From NCBI GenBank assembly GCA_964016885.1, contig OZ024741.1, positions 152,024,001-152,088,000 on the forward strand: 64,000 nt of DNA, written 5' to 3'. The notes beneath the pieces are model-generated. The model made no database searches, was not told the DNA's origin, and saw nothing but the letters and a program-made list of their open reading frames with translations. Source of the DNA: Eledone cirrhosa (taxonomy: Eukaryota). Of this stretch, positions 50,822 to 63,104 are shown in pieces (position 1 is the stretch's first letter; every line of letters begins with the position of its first letter). Both the position numbers and the translations under genes were made by a program.

Positions 50822-50902
50822 GTTTCTACCCTTAGGGTTTCGTTCGCTTTCGGAAATATCCTATCAAGGAAAAATTCTCGAGCTTCGAACTCATCAGGAA
50901 AC
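50822..50902 (-). ncRNA. Canonical type I hammerhead ribozyme candidate with extended helix II
   Basis: Minus strand: gtttc CTGATGA gttcg ...39 nt... cgaac GAAA ccc taa ggg TA gaaac. All three helices are Watson-Crick paired and the cleavage triplet is GUA. Confidence 0.85.
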
Positions 50903-51083
50903 AAACTCACTTGGACAAAGAATTTTCTTAAGTGATCCCCGCCAGAAACGAATTCAAAATGGCTAAGAACTGTGACGTGGCAGTGGTCAAGTCAGGAAGA
51001 ATCTGATTGGTGGCTTACGGCGAGTGGGCTGGTTGCTAGAAAGCGCAGCCCAATATATCTATATCTATATATATATATCTATA

Positions 51084-51145
<62 letters not shown>

Positions 51146-51146
<1 letters not shown>

Positions 51147-51390
51147 TGTTATACTTTTGGTGTGTCATGCTGCCAATAAAATTACACACGCCTGTTGGCT
51201 TTCACTTTAATTTATACTTCCAGTCGATTAATAACCGGGTGGTTGTTTATTTGTTTATTATCAAAGCTCTTTTTTTCACACATTCTGTGACTAATCTGTT
51301 GTTTTGTGTCTCTCTTGTGTTCTGTCCTACACCATCTTTTTTTCTGGTGTAAGACAGAACAAATGAGACACAAAATAACAAATTAGTCAC
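51146..51390. repeat. Diverged relative of the 4125 repeat, ending in a ~45-bp-arm hairpin
   Basis: tgttat..tttgg..gtcatg.tgccaataa..cacacgc..ctttcactt matches 4129-4195. Inverted repeat gtgactaat..tacacca / tggtgta..attagtcac at 51287-51390. Confidence 0.7.
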
Positions 51391-51809
51391 TGTTATGAAA
51401 TGAGTACCAATAAACCTTTCTGGGTATACGCTTATTCTATTGGTGTATTATCTTTCTTATTATTGTGCTTATTTTTCGATTGTCAGTTTTTGTTGTTATG
51501 TTATGTGCGAAGGCACCAACCAACAGACATATTTTTAATATTATATATAGATTGTCGCAAGTTGCTGAGCAGGTTGGCAGTTTGGTAGAATCGTTAGATC
51601 TTCAGAAGATAAATACTTGTTCTTATTATTTACATTATGAGCTCAATTTATGGTGAGAGTAACTTACATACTTACAGGTCCTGTAGAATACAATACCAAT
51701 CAAGTAATGAGGCTGGCAATATCATCGATTGTCTGTTCTCTTTGAAACCTCTGGCCCTGTGCCATTGCAAAAGTTTAATATCATTTTCATATTCATACCC
51801 TTGTCGGAG

Positions 51810-52010
51810 GGCGGTTACTTAACAGAATTGCTAGAGCGTCGGATTAAATATCTAAATGTGTTTTATCTGGCTCTTTACGCTCTGCATTCAAATGCCATCA
51901 AGGTCAAATTTGCCGTTCAAAACACAGTATCAATCAAGCACTAAAGTCGATATAATCGGTGTTTACCTCCCTCCAGATTGTTGACCTTGTACCTAAGTTA
52001 GAAATCATTG
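51810..52010 (+). mobile_element. Old diverged SINE family 1-related copy
   Basis: ggcgg..cagaattgctagagcgtcgga..ttcaaatgcc..aggtcaaatttgcc..gaccttgtacctaagttagaaatcatt. Confidence 0.65.
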
Positions 52011-52411
52011 CTGATTTTATTAGATGACAGAATCATTGCTGTATTTAATTATCTTTATATTCTGGGTTCAATGATCGCCAAAATACAACTTTACTTTTTA
52101 CCCTAACAGCTATAAAGTTCATATAACTAACAATTTCAACCGATACATTTTCTTACATTAAAAGCTACTACTTTTAATATTGATCTCCAACAAACTCACA
52201 GTCTATATCTGTGGTCGTCTACATATTGGTTTTCTTCCAAATATGTCCAGAGAAGCTTTTGTTTATATTAATATGTTGTTAGGGTTGTCTTCTTTTTTCA
52301 TTTTTCATTCTGAATATAGACGGGGTCAGCGCTCGTAATGTATCGTGTTGTAGTTGAATAAATCAAATTCGGGGTATTAGTGTTTGCATGTACACACACA
52401 TATATAAGTGT

Positions 52412-52448
<37 letters not shown>

Positions 52449-52469
52449 ATGTGTGTGTGTGTGTGTGTG

Positions 52470-52502
<33 letters not shown>

Positions 52503-52503
<1 letters not shown>

Positions 52504-54083
52504 GTATTAATAATAAATGTGAAGACTAAAATCCAAAGAGGGCTCGATAAGGATAAATATATATCAAATATATAAGAACCCTAGAGCAAACATTTATTAA
52601 AATAACAGATTAAAGTTTAAGCAAAGAATCGCTGCTTTCACCCTTAACGGGATCTTCTGAAACTAAAAAAAATCAATCTGTGAACGCAGAAGTAAATATT
52701 TCGAAACACGTTGCAACCGAAGGAAAACAGGAAGACGATACTTTGGTTCGTGAAGACGTTCCCTGGCAATGAACGAGGAAAATAAGAAAGATAATACGTC
52801 GTTATGTGGAGTGATGAGAACAAATACACGCAAAGACAAAACCAGGTTTATGGTATAAATGGAGTCGTAGACTCATATTCTATTTAGGAAACCGAATGAT
52901 TCCCGGCTTCGGAGTTAAGAATAATGTAAATAAATTAGTAGAACGAAAATGACAGAGGTTATTAAAATCATAAAAGTAATGATAATTAAATATATACTTA
53001 CACACATCTATATACGTACATACACGTGTATATGCGAAAACACCCGCCATGCATGCATATACATGCGCGTACACATAACACGCGCGCACGTACATAAACC
53101 CGCGGGAAACGTGTACCCGCACACATACGAACGTATACACCAGATACACATAAAAAATATATATGTGTGTGTGTATACTCTATAATTTTATAAAGGTATA
53201 TAAATATACACACATAAATACGTATATAACGCACGCACACACATAACTACAGGTAAATACACATATGTTCACCAAACGTGTGGAGAACAGTACTTACCAC
53301 CAATTGCTACATAATGCTGTAACTAAGGATTACCGGAAAACTAATCGGATTGTCATTAATGGCATCAACGAAACTGGGTTTAAAATCACTTCTGAACTCA
53401 ACATCCAGGACAGGACTGAACCTATGGACCCTATTTCTCCCCACTTTACCCTGAAGGTTCACAAACCCAATTTCGCCAACAACCCTTCTATTCGGCTAAT
53501 TAACCCTACGAAGTCTGATTTAGGTAGACTTAGTAAAAGGATTTTAGATAGAATTATACCTGAAATTAGAAGCTTGGCCTCTCTTGCACTGTGGAATAAT
53601 TCTTTCACGGTGATTGATTGGTTCAATGGCATATGCAACAAGGAACATTGCCGTTTTATCCAATTCGACATCAATAACTACTACTCCTCCATCACTTTAC
53701 TACTTCTTCTTAGAGATACCAATTTCGCTAAAACGCTCGCGGTGGTTAAGGATTTCGAAGTTGATGTCATCCTCAATGTGATTAATTTCGACGACTATAT
53801 TTGGATAAAAAATCTAATAGTACCCCATTCGATGTGAGTATGGGCGCCAGCGATTCGGCAGGGGTTACATATTTTATCGGCCTTTTGCTTCTTTTCACTA
53901 TCAAGGAAGAATTCCCCATTGCCAGGGAACGTCTTCACGAACCAAAGTATCGTCTTCCTGTTTTGCAACGGTTGCAACATTTTTTGAAATATTTACTTCT
54001 GCGTTCACAGATTGACTTTTTAGTTTCAGAAGATCCCGTTAAGGGTGAAAGCAGCGATTCTTTGCTTAAACTTTAATCTGTTA

Positions 54084-54090
<7 letters not shown>
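52503..54090 (+). mobile_element. Truncated Hydra-clade-like Penelope element with an inverted 5' pseudo-LTR
   Basis: ORF 53265..53837 (TLKVHKPNFANNPSIRLINPTKSDLG..FIQFDINNYYSSI) and FDVSMGASDSA are paralogous to the 47-kb RT. pLTR sequence lies on + at 53913-54090 and inverted at 52503-52775. Confidence 0.8.
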
Positions 54091-54119
<29 letters not shown>

Positions 54120-54391
54120 TAACAGATTATTTCTTTCCTCTCTCAATCTTCTCACGGCTCGGACGTGTCTATTTCTCCTCGTCAATTTGATATGTCGAGC
54201 TTATGCCCACGTGATTCATTGACTTGTCTCTATTTTCCTCTCTTTCGTTGCATACCACCATGTGTTTGTTTCCTTCCCTCCGTTTTCCCACTGTCCCGAT
54301 AACTTAATTGAGTTATCGCTCGCATTCACTTTAGGTATCTAGTCTTTAATGTGTCGAAATACCAACGATAAATCAGCAGACTACTGAAGAG

Positions 54392-54680
54392 GACATTTTA
54401 ACCCTTGTCTATTTTTATTCATATAATCATGTTCGCAACAACGCAGCACGCCATTTTTCATTCATATATATATATATATGGAAGGACCAGCCGAGAGTGA
54501 GTGATCAGCAACGGGAGTTGAGAAAGGCAAGAGGTGAAGGAGAGAGAAAGGGTGATAGCAGTAAGATGACAGAAAATATACGAACCACAGCGATGGGAGA
54601 AAATATGTGAATGAAAATGGCGTGCTGCGTTGTTGCGAACATGAATATATGAATAAAAATAGACAAGGGTTAAAATGTCC
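54392..54680. repeat. About 70-bp-arm inverted repeat next to (TA)n
   Basis: ggacattttaacccttgtcta..gcagcacgccatttt..cattca is mirrored at 54608-54680. Confidence 0.85.
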
Positions 54681-54719
54681 TATATATATATATATTACAA
54701 TTATAAATATATATATATA

Positions 54720-54805
<86 letters not shown>

Positions 54806-55217
54806 CATATTTGATATTTATTTATATATATATATATATTCATAGAATATTGAGAAAAACACAAAAATAACTGTTAAAACAGCCAAATGCCGTCAATGAC
54901 AGCATCGAGTAAAATTACCTCAAAGAACAGAAATCAGTGGCTAGAAGTGTACTAACCCGCAAAAGTGATACGAAGAAAGAAACAAAGGGAAAAAAGGAAC
55001 GAGAGAAGATCACACACACACACATCTTTCTACCTCTCCAGCTCTCATACTGGCTGTGGTTTCATACGATATAAATTAAGAGTATCACATAAAATTGCCG
55101 GTTCGTGTAACGGAAAATATACATATTTCTGTCTGTATGGTGTGTACATGATAAAACGAACAGGTTAGATAAATCAGTGAGAGATAAGTAAAGTGCATCA
55201 TATTGGCACCAAGAAAT

Positions 55218-55372
55218 ACGAGTTCAAATCCCGCCGAGATTTGCTTTACCTTTCATCCTTATGGGGTCGATAAAATAAAGTAACAGTAACGCACTGGGAT
55301 CGATTTAATCGACTTTCCCTCCCCCCCCCCCAAAAAAAATGTTGGCTTTGTGCCTAAATCAAATCAGAAACC

Positions 55373-55376
<4 letters not shown>
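55218..55376 (+). mobile_element. tRNA-derived SINE family 1, long variant, 5'-truncated
   Basis: gagttcaaatcccgccgag..tttcatcctt..ggggtcgataaaataaagt..ggctttgtgcctaaa..agaaaccatta. Confidence 0.8.
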
Positions 55377-55407
<31 letters not shown>

Positions 55408-56209
55408 CGAAGGTAGTGTGGTAAGGAACCAGGTGGACCATAACGCACCAGAGTACTCAATACTTAGGGTAGTAGAGTGGGTAATAGGAAAATGTTAAGC
55501 ATTTTCCTATATATATATCTATATATATACACGTGTGTGTGTGTGTGTGTGTGTGTGTAATGTTGTCCCTGCTCTAAGTGGTCATTCAAACCTCCTAGAA
55601 ATAGCAGCCACATTTTCTTCGAATCGCATAAACTTACAAAATGATTTGTTCCTGTAATTCAAAAAGCCAATCATGTTACACAGTTTGTCATGCTGAATCT
55701 CTCTAACAATTAAGTACACGTGTCTCCAGATTATTCAGTAATTGTGCAATAATTCTCAAGTGCAGGCTGACACGTTGATCGTTTTAACTGGAACATACGC
55801 TATCGGAAATGACGGAGGTCTAACTATAACATTAACATCAGACTTAAAACCATTGCAACAACAATCCCAGTAGGAGCAGGTTCATTCATTGATCGTATGA
55901 ACTGAAACATACGTCGTCGGATCCGACCGATATCCAACCACAACAACAACAATAGTTCCAAAAGCAACGGACCCACCAGTTTTTTCTGACATTCAGTTGC
56001 CATATTAAGCACAGTTAACGAACTCTGTGCATGAATTGACAGCTTCAAACGAAAGAACCGTTTTGTTCTCTGTAGCAATAATTTTCCTTTGATTTTCATG
56101 TTCGATGAAATTCTAAAGCAATTGTTATCAATATTATTATTATCATTGTTGTTGTTGTGGTTGTTGTTGCTGCTGCTTTTCTGGTTATTATTGCTGTTAC
56201 TGCGGGCTG

Positions 56210-56760
56210 TCACTCTGTTACCGAGCACAAGTCTGAGTGCCTTGAGTATGTGCCATCTTGTTTCTATTACTCCAAGTAACATATGTACAGTACCTAGAAA
56301 TGTTATTTTCTATATGTTGTGCATATTTGTTTATCCTATGGTTTATTATTATTTTTTTCTCTGTGCGCCTTGGGTATGAGCAGTGTAGTTTTTGCTGGTG
56401 TTGTTTCTATTGTATTGATAGAACTTTTCGTAATATGTCTGCAGTGCCTAGTAATGCTATTTTTTGTATGTTGTATATATGTGTAAGACCTGGGAGTTTG
56501 GTTATATTTGTTTGTGTGATTTTTTTATCATTCCCTGAGTATCTATTTTAATAGGTATTGTTTCAGTTTTCATTTTCCCCATTCGTGTTATTTCTATCTC
56601 TAGATCTTTATATTTGGAGAGTTTCTCCATTCCTTGGAAGATATATTGTCGTCTGTGGGGATTAATACATCTATTAGAGGGCATTTTTTGTGGTCTATGA
56701 CTGTAATATCTGGTCGGTTGGCTTTGATCTCTCTGTCTGCATGTATTGGCATATCCCAGA
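56210..56760 (-). mobile_element. R4/Dong-like LINE 3' end (RLE domain)
   Basis: Minus strand: WDMPIHADREIKANRPDI..LIDV..KYKDLEIEITRM..QKIALLGTA. The 3' end runs into (AAC)/(AAT) repeats. Confidence 0.8.
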
Positions 56761-56762
56761 CT

Positions 56763-57740
56763 GCTGTGCCTTATCCCCGTCCTTACCTCACCAAATTGGA
56801 ACGCCTGCTCTTCAAACTTTTATGGTAGGGACAAGTTCCTCTGGCGAGGTGGTCCATTTTGAGGTCAACACCCTTTACATGGAAGGCTGACCATACCGTG
56901 GCTGATGACGCGCAAGCATGCGCTTAGGCATCTCCAGCTTTTCCTAAACGGTAAACATGTATGGTCACCGTTTCTGAGAAGACGTTTTTCTACAGTTCGT
57001 TTCATTGACTGAGCTGCAGTCATGGGTCAAGCGAAGACTGGTATCTGGATCGTTGTCATGCGCTCACATCCCTCTATCAGTTGGGAAATGCGGTCAGTGG
57101 AAATTCCTATCTAGCATTCTATAAAGGAGGTATAGTGGGCAAGTGTGACGACATTCTCGAAGAAACTCTGGGTGTCGATGAAATCGAACTAACCAATCTC
57201 TCCCGGAAAATATTCGAGCCAGGGAATATGACAATTTCCAGAAATCCCTAGCTTGGCAGTGCCCCCCCCCCCCCTCGGTAACACTACCAGTTTTAAATGA
57301 AACAAACTCTACAGGCATGGAAGTGCTGTCAGCATGACCTGTTCGAGGTGCGTACAGGACGCTGAAATCGTTCTGCACGCACTCATGCAGTGTCTGAGCA
57401 TTGTAGACTTGTGGAGATTTGTCGAACAGCTATTATTACAGATAGGAAAGATTTGGTTATCGACCGACTCCATCGTGAAGATCGCACAGCCACGTTCTTT
57501 TGGACGGGAAGGACAGCTAGATTTACTCTGTCTGATAGCTGCAGCGAAAGAGGTTGTGTGGTGGATGTGGCTGAAAGAACTGAAGACAGACATTTTTTCT
57601 CTTCGGTCAAGCTCTCATAATTTCTTTTCAAGTTCCACTTGAAAAGGAAGGTAGGTGTGGAGATGAAGTTCTGCTCCCCTGTACATTTGTTAAGAGGTGG
57701 TTGATTATAGCGAAAATAGCCCAAGTGGATGGGTTATTTC
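56763..57740 (+). mobile_element. Degenerate Tx1-clade ORF2 C-terminal fragment
   Basis: VPYPRPYLTKLERLLFKLLW, NFQKSLAWQC, CSRC..VLHALMQC and AKEVVWW, all homologous to copy A. Confidence 0.85.
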
Positions 57741-57811
57741 GAGAAGAGTGTTTCGAAAGAGCACCTTTCTATGGTGCTCTTGGAGATTAGGGTATTGGTG
57801 ATAGTGGCAGT

Positions 57812-57812
57812 G

Positions 57813-57867
<55 letters not shown>

Positions 57868-57893
57868 CAGTAGTAGTAGTAGTAGTAGTAGTA
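57812..57893. repeat. (TAG)n microsatellite
   Basis: Directly visible. Confidence 0.95.
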
Positions 57894-57954
57894 TAATGCT
57901 AGAGTTTATATTATTTTATCTGCTTTTTGATAAGGTTTAGACTAGTGTTAACAT

Positions 57955-58520
57955 TCAGAAAATCGCTGAGAGGGTATACCCCGAATCTCAATGCAGTATC
58001 AAGTCAGAACTCTTTTCCATCGATATGATCTTCTCCCTTCGACTTCTGGTAAAGGCAACCACTCTAAACCTCATTTGACCTCACGAGGATATTCGCCAAG
58101 ATTGATTTTCCTCCAAGACTTCTAAGGATAGTCCAATCGTTTCATGCGGATATGAACGGTGTCGTTCAATTTGATATCTCTTCTTCGGAGGCGTTTGACA
58201 TCTACATCAATGGGAAGTAAGGCTGTGTGTTTCCCCCCACTCAGGAAACTTTTTCGCAGTTATGCTGAAACACATTTGGAACCTCGACCGATGGTGTCTA
58301 ACTCCATAGCAGATTAGATCAGAGGTTGTTTAGTCTGTCTAGTCTGAAAGCAAAATCCAGGGTTCGTCAAGTAACCATCAGAGAAATGTTGTGTTGTTTG
58401 CAGAAGATGCAGCACTGGCAACACACTGAGTATCAAATGCAGCACCTTATGGATAAACTCTCAAGGGCCTGCCAATAATTCAGCCTGATCATTAGTCTGA
58501 AGAAGACCAACGTACTGAAC
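57955..58520 (+). mobile_element. Degenerate RTE-clade LINE RT fragment
   Basis: IAERVYPESQC, SIDMIFSLR, LFAEDAALA and LIISLKKTNVL are readable across frameshifts. Confidence 0.7.
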
Positions 58521-59139
58521 TGAAAGTCAAATAGTGCGTGTGGCTTTTATTCGCAAAATGATCATCTCTACATATAACAATATCTGTTTAAACACACTAC
58601 TTTACATCAAGAATCTTGCAAATCAAATACATAAACGTAACAACATTTCACATAATACATAAAATAACAGGTATGGATTAAAAGAATTTATTTCTGCTAT
58701 TTGAATCAAGCATTTGGTTCAATATTCCGAGAATGTTACCGAACATTAATAGACACTTGTTTTATTCGAAACACTGACTATAAACGATAATGATGACACT
58801 CACCTGAATAAATTGGTGAATAGCTATGAAAGTTATGAAATTTAAACAAAATGTTTTCTCGCAGTGAATTAAACTTCAGCGTTTGTAAAACCTTCGGTTC
58901 CAGCCTTCTGAGTGCACAAACATTTACAAATCTGAATGATATTTCATTTATATAGAAATAGCAAAAACATGTTGCGACATTTCGACGAGTTATCTAAACT
59001 CAAGTTCTACCACGACTAAATTTATTACCCATCCATCCTCAAGCCCTAAACTTCTGTTGAGTTATCAAACCTAATGGAGCCTATCTCTCTCTATTTCTGA
59101 ATTCAGTGAAAGATAAAAAGAAAAAGATAGACAAAAAAA

Positions 59140-59490
59140 AAGAGTCGACTTCATTACTGAGCTGCTCCTTTATTTATCGACCACGAAATGATGAAAGGCA
59201 ATGTTGATCTTAACAGAGCAAAACAAATACTGCAAATCATTCTGTCCGACTTTCTAACGATTCTACCAATTCGTTGCCTTATACGATGGACCTCCGATGG
59301 TGGCGGCGTTGAGTAGTGCAGTTATTCGATATACAGAGGATCCTGTTCTTGGAATTAACGTGTAAATGGCTAACATTCCACAGAGATGCCTACCTTTGAT
59401 ATAATTCTCAAGGAGATCCAGTGTGACATTAGAACTCAATATTTTAACATAACAATTGTGAAGTGAACTCCTTAACCATTCGGCCATACT
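59140..59490 (-). mobile_element. Old SINE remnants
   Basis: tttatttatcgacc.cgaaa.gatgaaaggcaa (family 1-like) and cttaaccattcggccata (a tRNA A-box on the minus strand). Confidence 0.55.
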
Positions 59491-60182
59491 GCGACTACTT
59501 ATATAAAACACCAAGTAAATATATCATGTGGTACTCAATTAACATATTCGTTATATGCTATGTAATTCTTTGACGTATAGAAATCTAATATGAAGATGTT
59601 TACGTCACATAGTTTTATACATCGTATAATCGTATTTATTAATTCTCAACAATGTATATGTTTCCTTCTATGTCCGCTCTCTGATTGTGAAGGAAGGATG
59701 TAACGAAAGGAGTTGGAAAATGAAAATTGAAAAATTAGCACTCAAAATGTATGCAAATTATCACAGCTTGATACTAGCATTGAAATTGAAGAATTCCTAA
59801 TTCGGTTTAAAAGCTTCAATAATTTCCCGATGTTACAAAACGAACTGCATAATAAAACATTCAAACTGTGCTTCAATATACTTAAGGATTTGATATTTGG
59901 AGAAAAAGAAATTTTCCGATATATAATTTATTTTAATAATTTCATTTTTGATTTCGTTTAGATTCTCAATATCTGCCCACGTTAACCGTGGACTTATTTC
60001 ATCGTAATTATTGCAAAGTATGGCTCAGGTTTCCTTCCTTGTTTCCCTTCTTACTTATTTCTTGCTTTCTCGGCCTAATGTATCTCACCCTTCTCTCTTT
60101 ATCTCTCTAGTTTCTCTTTACTCCCTCATATACATTTATATACACACACATGTATGCATATATACATATATATATATATATG

Positions 60183-60222
<40 letters not shown>

Positions 60223-60526
60223 CATATACATATATACATATATAGCTACATATATATATGTGATGGTGTATATATAAATATATACATATATATATACCCA
60301 CAACTATACAGGTACATATATGTGCATGTGTACGTATGCGTGTGTGTTTCCGTGTATGAAATTGGCGTTTCAAATAATATTATTGAACAACAGGTAACAT
60401 TCAGTGAAAAGCGAACAATGCATGTTTAGAATCTAAATATTTTATTACACAGAAATTCTAAGTTATTGTAACTTCGAAACAACGTTACATCAGACTGACT
60501 GACGAGTCGTTTACTCAGTATTTAGG

Positions 60527-60584
<58 letters not shown>

Positions 60585-60586
<2 letters not shown>

Positions 60587-60902
60587 TACGTTATTCCGGG
60601 TTGAATCGGAGGTAACCACAGTAAGTAAGGTACTCAATACATAGCAGAGTATAAAAGTTTTAATATAGAAGAGCTTCTACAGGACTAGAACTGTTTCATT
60701 CGTGAGAAATCATCAGGAAGCCCTATATGGGTATTTAATCCGATTTTCTAAGCTATTACCTATAACAATCGACTGTGGTTATATATATATATATAAAATA
60801 GAAGGGCTTCTACAGGACTAGAACTGTTTCATTCGTGAGAAATCATCAGGGAGCCCTGATGATTTCTAACGAATGAAACAGTTCTAGTCCTGTAGAAGCT
60901 CT

Positions 60903-60937
<35 letters not shown>

Positions 60938-61035
60938 GGGTCTTACTGGTTCCTATATATATATATATATATATATAGCCACAGTCGATTGTTATCGGTA
61001 ATAGCTTAGAAAATCGGGTTAAATACCCATATAGA
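60585..61035. mobile_element. (TA)n-embedded non-autonomous PLE-like/retrozyme-like repeat with three hammerhead motifs
   Basis: Hammerhead motifs on minus at 60673-60721 and 60804-60856, and on plus at 60851-60900. 60723-60779 is inverted at 60978-61033. Confidence 0.75.
60673..60721 (-). ncRNA. Type I hammerhead ribozyme candidate
   Basis: gcttc CTGATGA t ttc tcac gaa t GAAA cag ttctagtc ctg TA gaagc. Helices I and III are perfect. Confidence 0.82.
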
Positions 61036-61052
61036 CGGTAAAAAATATTCAG

Positions 61053-61127
61053 CAGCCGCTACAAAAAATTGAATTCCGTACCTCGCAAAGTCCAGCTGAG
61101 AGCTCTTAACCATTGAGTTAAACGGCC
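61053..61127 (-). pseudogene. Degenerate tRNA-like sequence
   Basis: GGCCGTT TA ACTC AATGGTTAA GAGC ... ACGGA ATTCAAT TTT.TGT AGCGGCT has cloverleaf spacing, with mismatched anticodon and T stems. Confidence 0.45.
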
Positions 61128-61261
61128 ACCGACAACAAATTCCGTCTAAATAAATGGCTAAATGAACAATTTATACATATGTATATATAAAGTTATATCT
61201 GCATAAATACAGAGTCTATAACAGAGATTGTTCCAACGTGTATACATATATACACATCTAA

Positions 61262-61530
61262 AGTCTAAAGTCTGTCTTAAGCCAGAAGGCTCATTTGGCC
61301 GGTGCTTATGCCGGTTTCATGGCGTGAAGCGGCTAAGAGTACAAGACTACCTCCTGGACAGGACGCCAGTCCATCTCAGGGTTAAACCCCGCACTATTGC
61401 AAGTACTCATTTTCAGTTGAGTATACTGGAGCAACGTGAAATGAACTATTTTGCTCAAGAACACGCAACCCAGGAATCGAACATCATGATCGTAGTCGAA
61501 CACCCTTACCACAAGGCCACGTGCCTCTAC
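61262..61530 (-). mobile_element. tRNA-derived SINE family 2
   Basis: Minus strand: tRNA-like head (TGGCCTTGTGGTAAGG..GTTCGATTCC), body ..cacgttgctccagt..gatggactggcgtcctgtccagg, and a short tandem tail (ctaaagt). Confidence 0.75.
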
Positions 61531-62123
61531 ATATATACACATATCTTAGTATTATTCTGAAATTTGTATATAATTAGCGCATCTCTTACTATGTATCTTA
61601 ATTAATTACTAACACGAGCGCTAATTATATGCAAATGAATATGTCCATTTCAGAATAAAACTAAGTGCAAATGTATATATATACACCCATCAAATACATG
61701 TTTCCTTGTGGTTCATGGATGATGTAACCATCTAATGACGGTTCAATATAATCCGAAAATCGATTAAAGATGTTTATCATTTTTTCAATTTACACGAAAA
61801 TTCGTATTTTCTGGTATGTTTACATGCCTACAAATTATATATGTGTATATATGTATACACGTTGGAACAATCTCTGTTACACACTCTATATTTAAGCAGA
61901 TATAACTTTATCATACACTTCGGCTGCTAGCACACCTCTTACTATATACATACACACACATGTATATTTTCTACAGGACTCGAATTGTTTCATTTGCATG
62001 AAACCGTCGGAAATGTCAGAAAAGATTTTTCATTGAAGAATGCTCTCCAGGGAGCCTCTTGATGAACTCATTGGTTTTCCTGATCAAAGTCTTTACGTGC
62101 AGTCTTTTTGAAGGTATGGCGAT

Positions 62124-62340
62124 ATCTATATATCTAAAACAAAGAATGTATGTCTGTCTATCTGTGCCCTAAAACTCGATAACCACCCAACCGATTTTTT
62201 TCAAACTTTACACATGAAATACTTATGGTCGTGTGAGTGTTTTGAGCAAATTTTCAATGCCCTAGCGACCGCATTAGGCGCCGGTTAGCGATCTCTCCCT
62301 TTCTTAGCCTATCTTTTTAGATTGATGCATAGCTATAACG
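62124..62340 (+). mobile_element. Helitron-like 5' fragment
   Basis: A|TCTATATAT..gtatgtctgtctatctgt..aaccgattttttt.caaactttaca resembles the 5' end of the 39647 Helitron. No CTAG end was found. Confidence 0.5.
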
Positions 62341-62399
62341 TCGCGCCCTTATAATATATGTCTGTATGTCTGGCTGTCTGCATTACGACATTATGAAAA

Positions 62400-62985
62400 C
62401 ATAAAACGCAGAACTAAATATTTCGAAAAACGTTGCAACCTAAGGAAAACAGGAAGGTGATACTTTGGTTAGTGAAGACATTCCCTGGCAATGAACGGAA
62501 AAAAGCGAAGATAATACGTCAGCAATGAGAACATTATTTGCTCTAGGCTTCTTATATATTTGATATATATTTATCCTTATCGAACCCTCTTTTGTTCGAC
62601 TAACACTATATATATATTTATTAAAACAACAGATTAAAGTTTAAGAAAAGAATCGCTGCTTTCACCCTTAACGGGATCTTCTGAAACTAAAAAAGTCAAT
62701 CAGTGAACGCAGAAGTAAATATTTCAAAAAACGTTGCAATCGAAGGAAGACAGGAAGACGATACTTTGGTTCGTGGTAACCTTCCCTGGCAAAGAACGGA
62801 AAAAAACGAAGATAATACGTCATTATTTGGTGCAGTGAGAACAATTACACGCAAAGACAAAACCACGTTTATGGTCTAAATAAAGTCGTAGACTAATATT
62901 CTATTAGGTGGTTCATGGAGACGTTCTGTGGCAATGAACGGAAAAAACGAAGATAATACGTCACTATGTGTAGCAATGAGAAAAC
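62400..62985 (-). mobile_element. Tandem partial pseudo-LTR copies of the 52.5-54.1 kb Penelope family
   Basis: 62620-62905 matches 52596-52886, with partial repeats at 62405-62590 and 62915-62980. Confidence 0.8.
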
Positions 62986-63104
62986 TGTTATTGCAGTTGT
63001 TGTTGTTGATATTGCTGCTGTTGCTGCTGCCTCTGCTCTTTCTGCTGTTGTTACTTTTCACAATTTTTCTGTTCCGTTCTGCGATTATCGATAACTGACC
63101 GTAC

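Noticed and set aside
55824-56282. 152-aa minus-strand ORF
   Set aside because: It is composed of LINE 3' UTR plus (AAC)/(AAT) repeats, with no recognisable domain or splice context.
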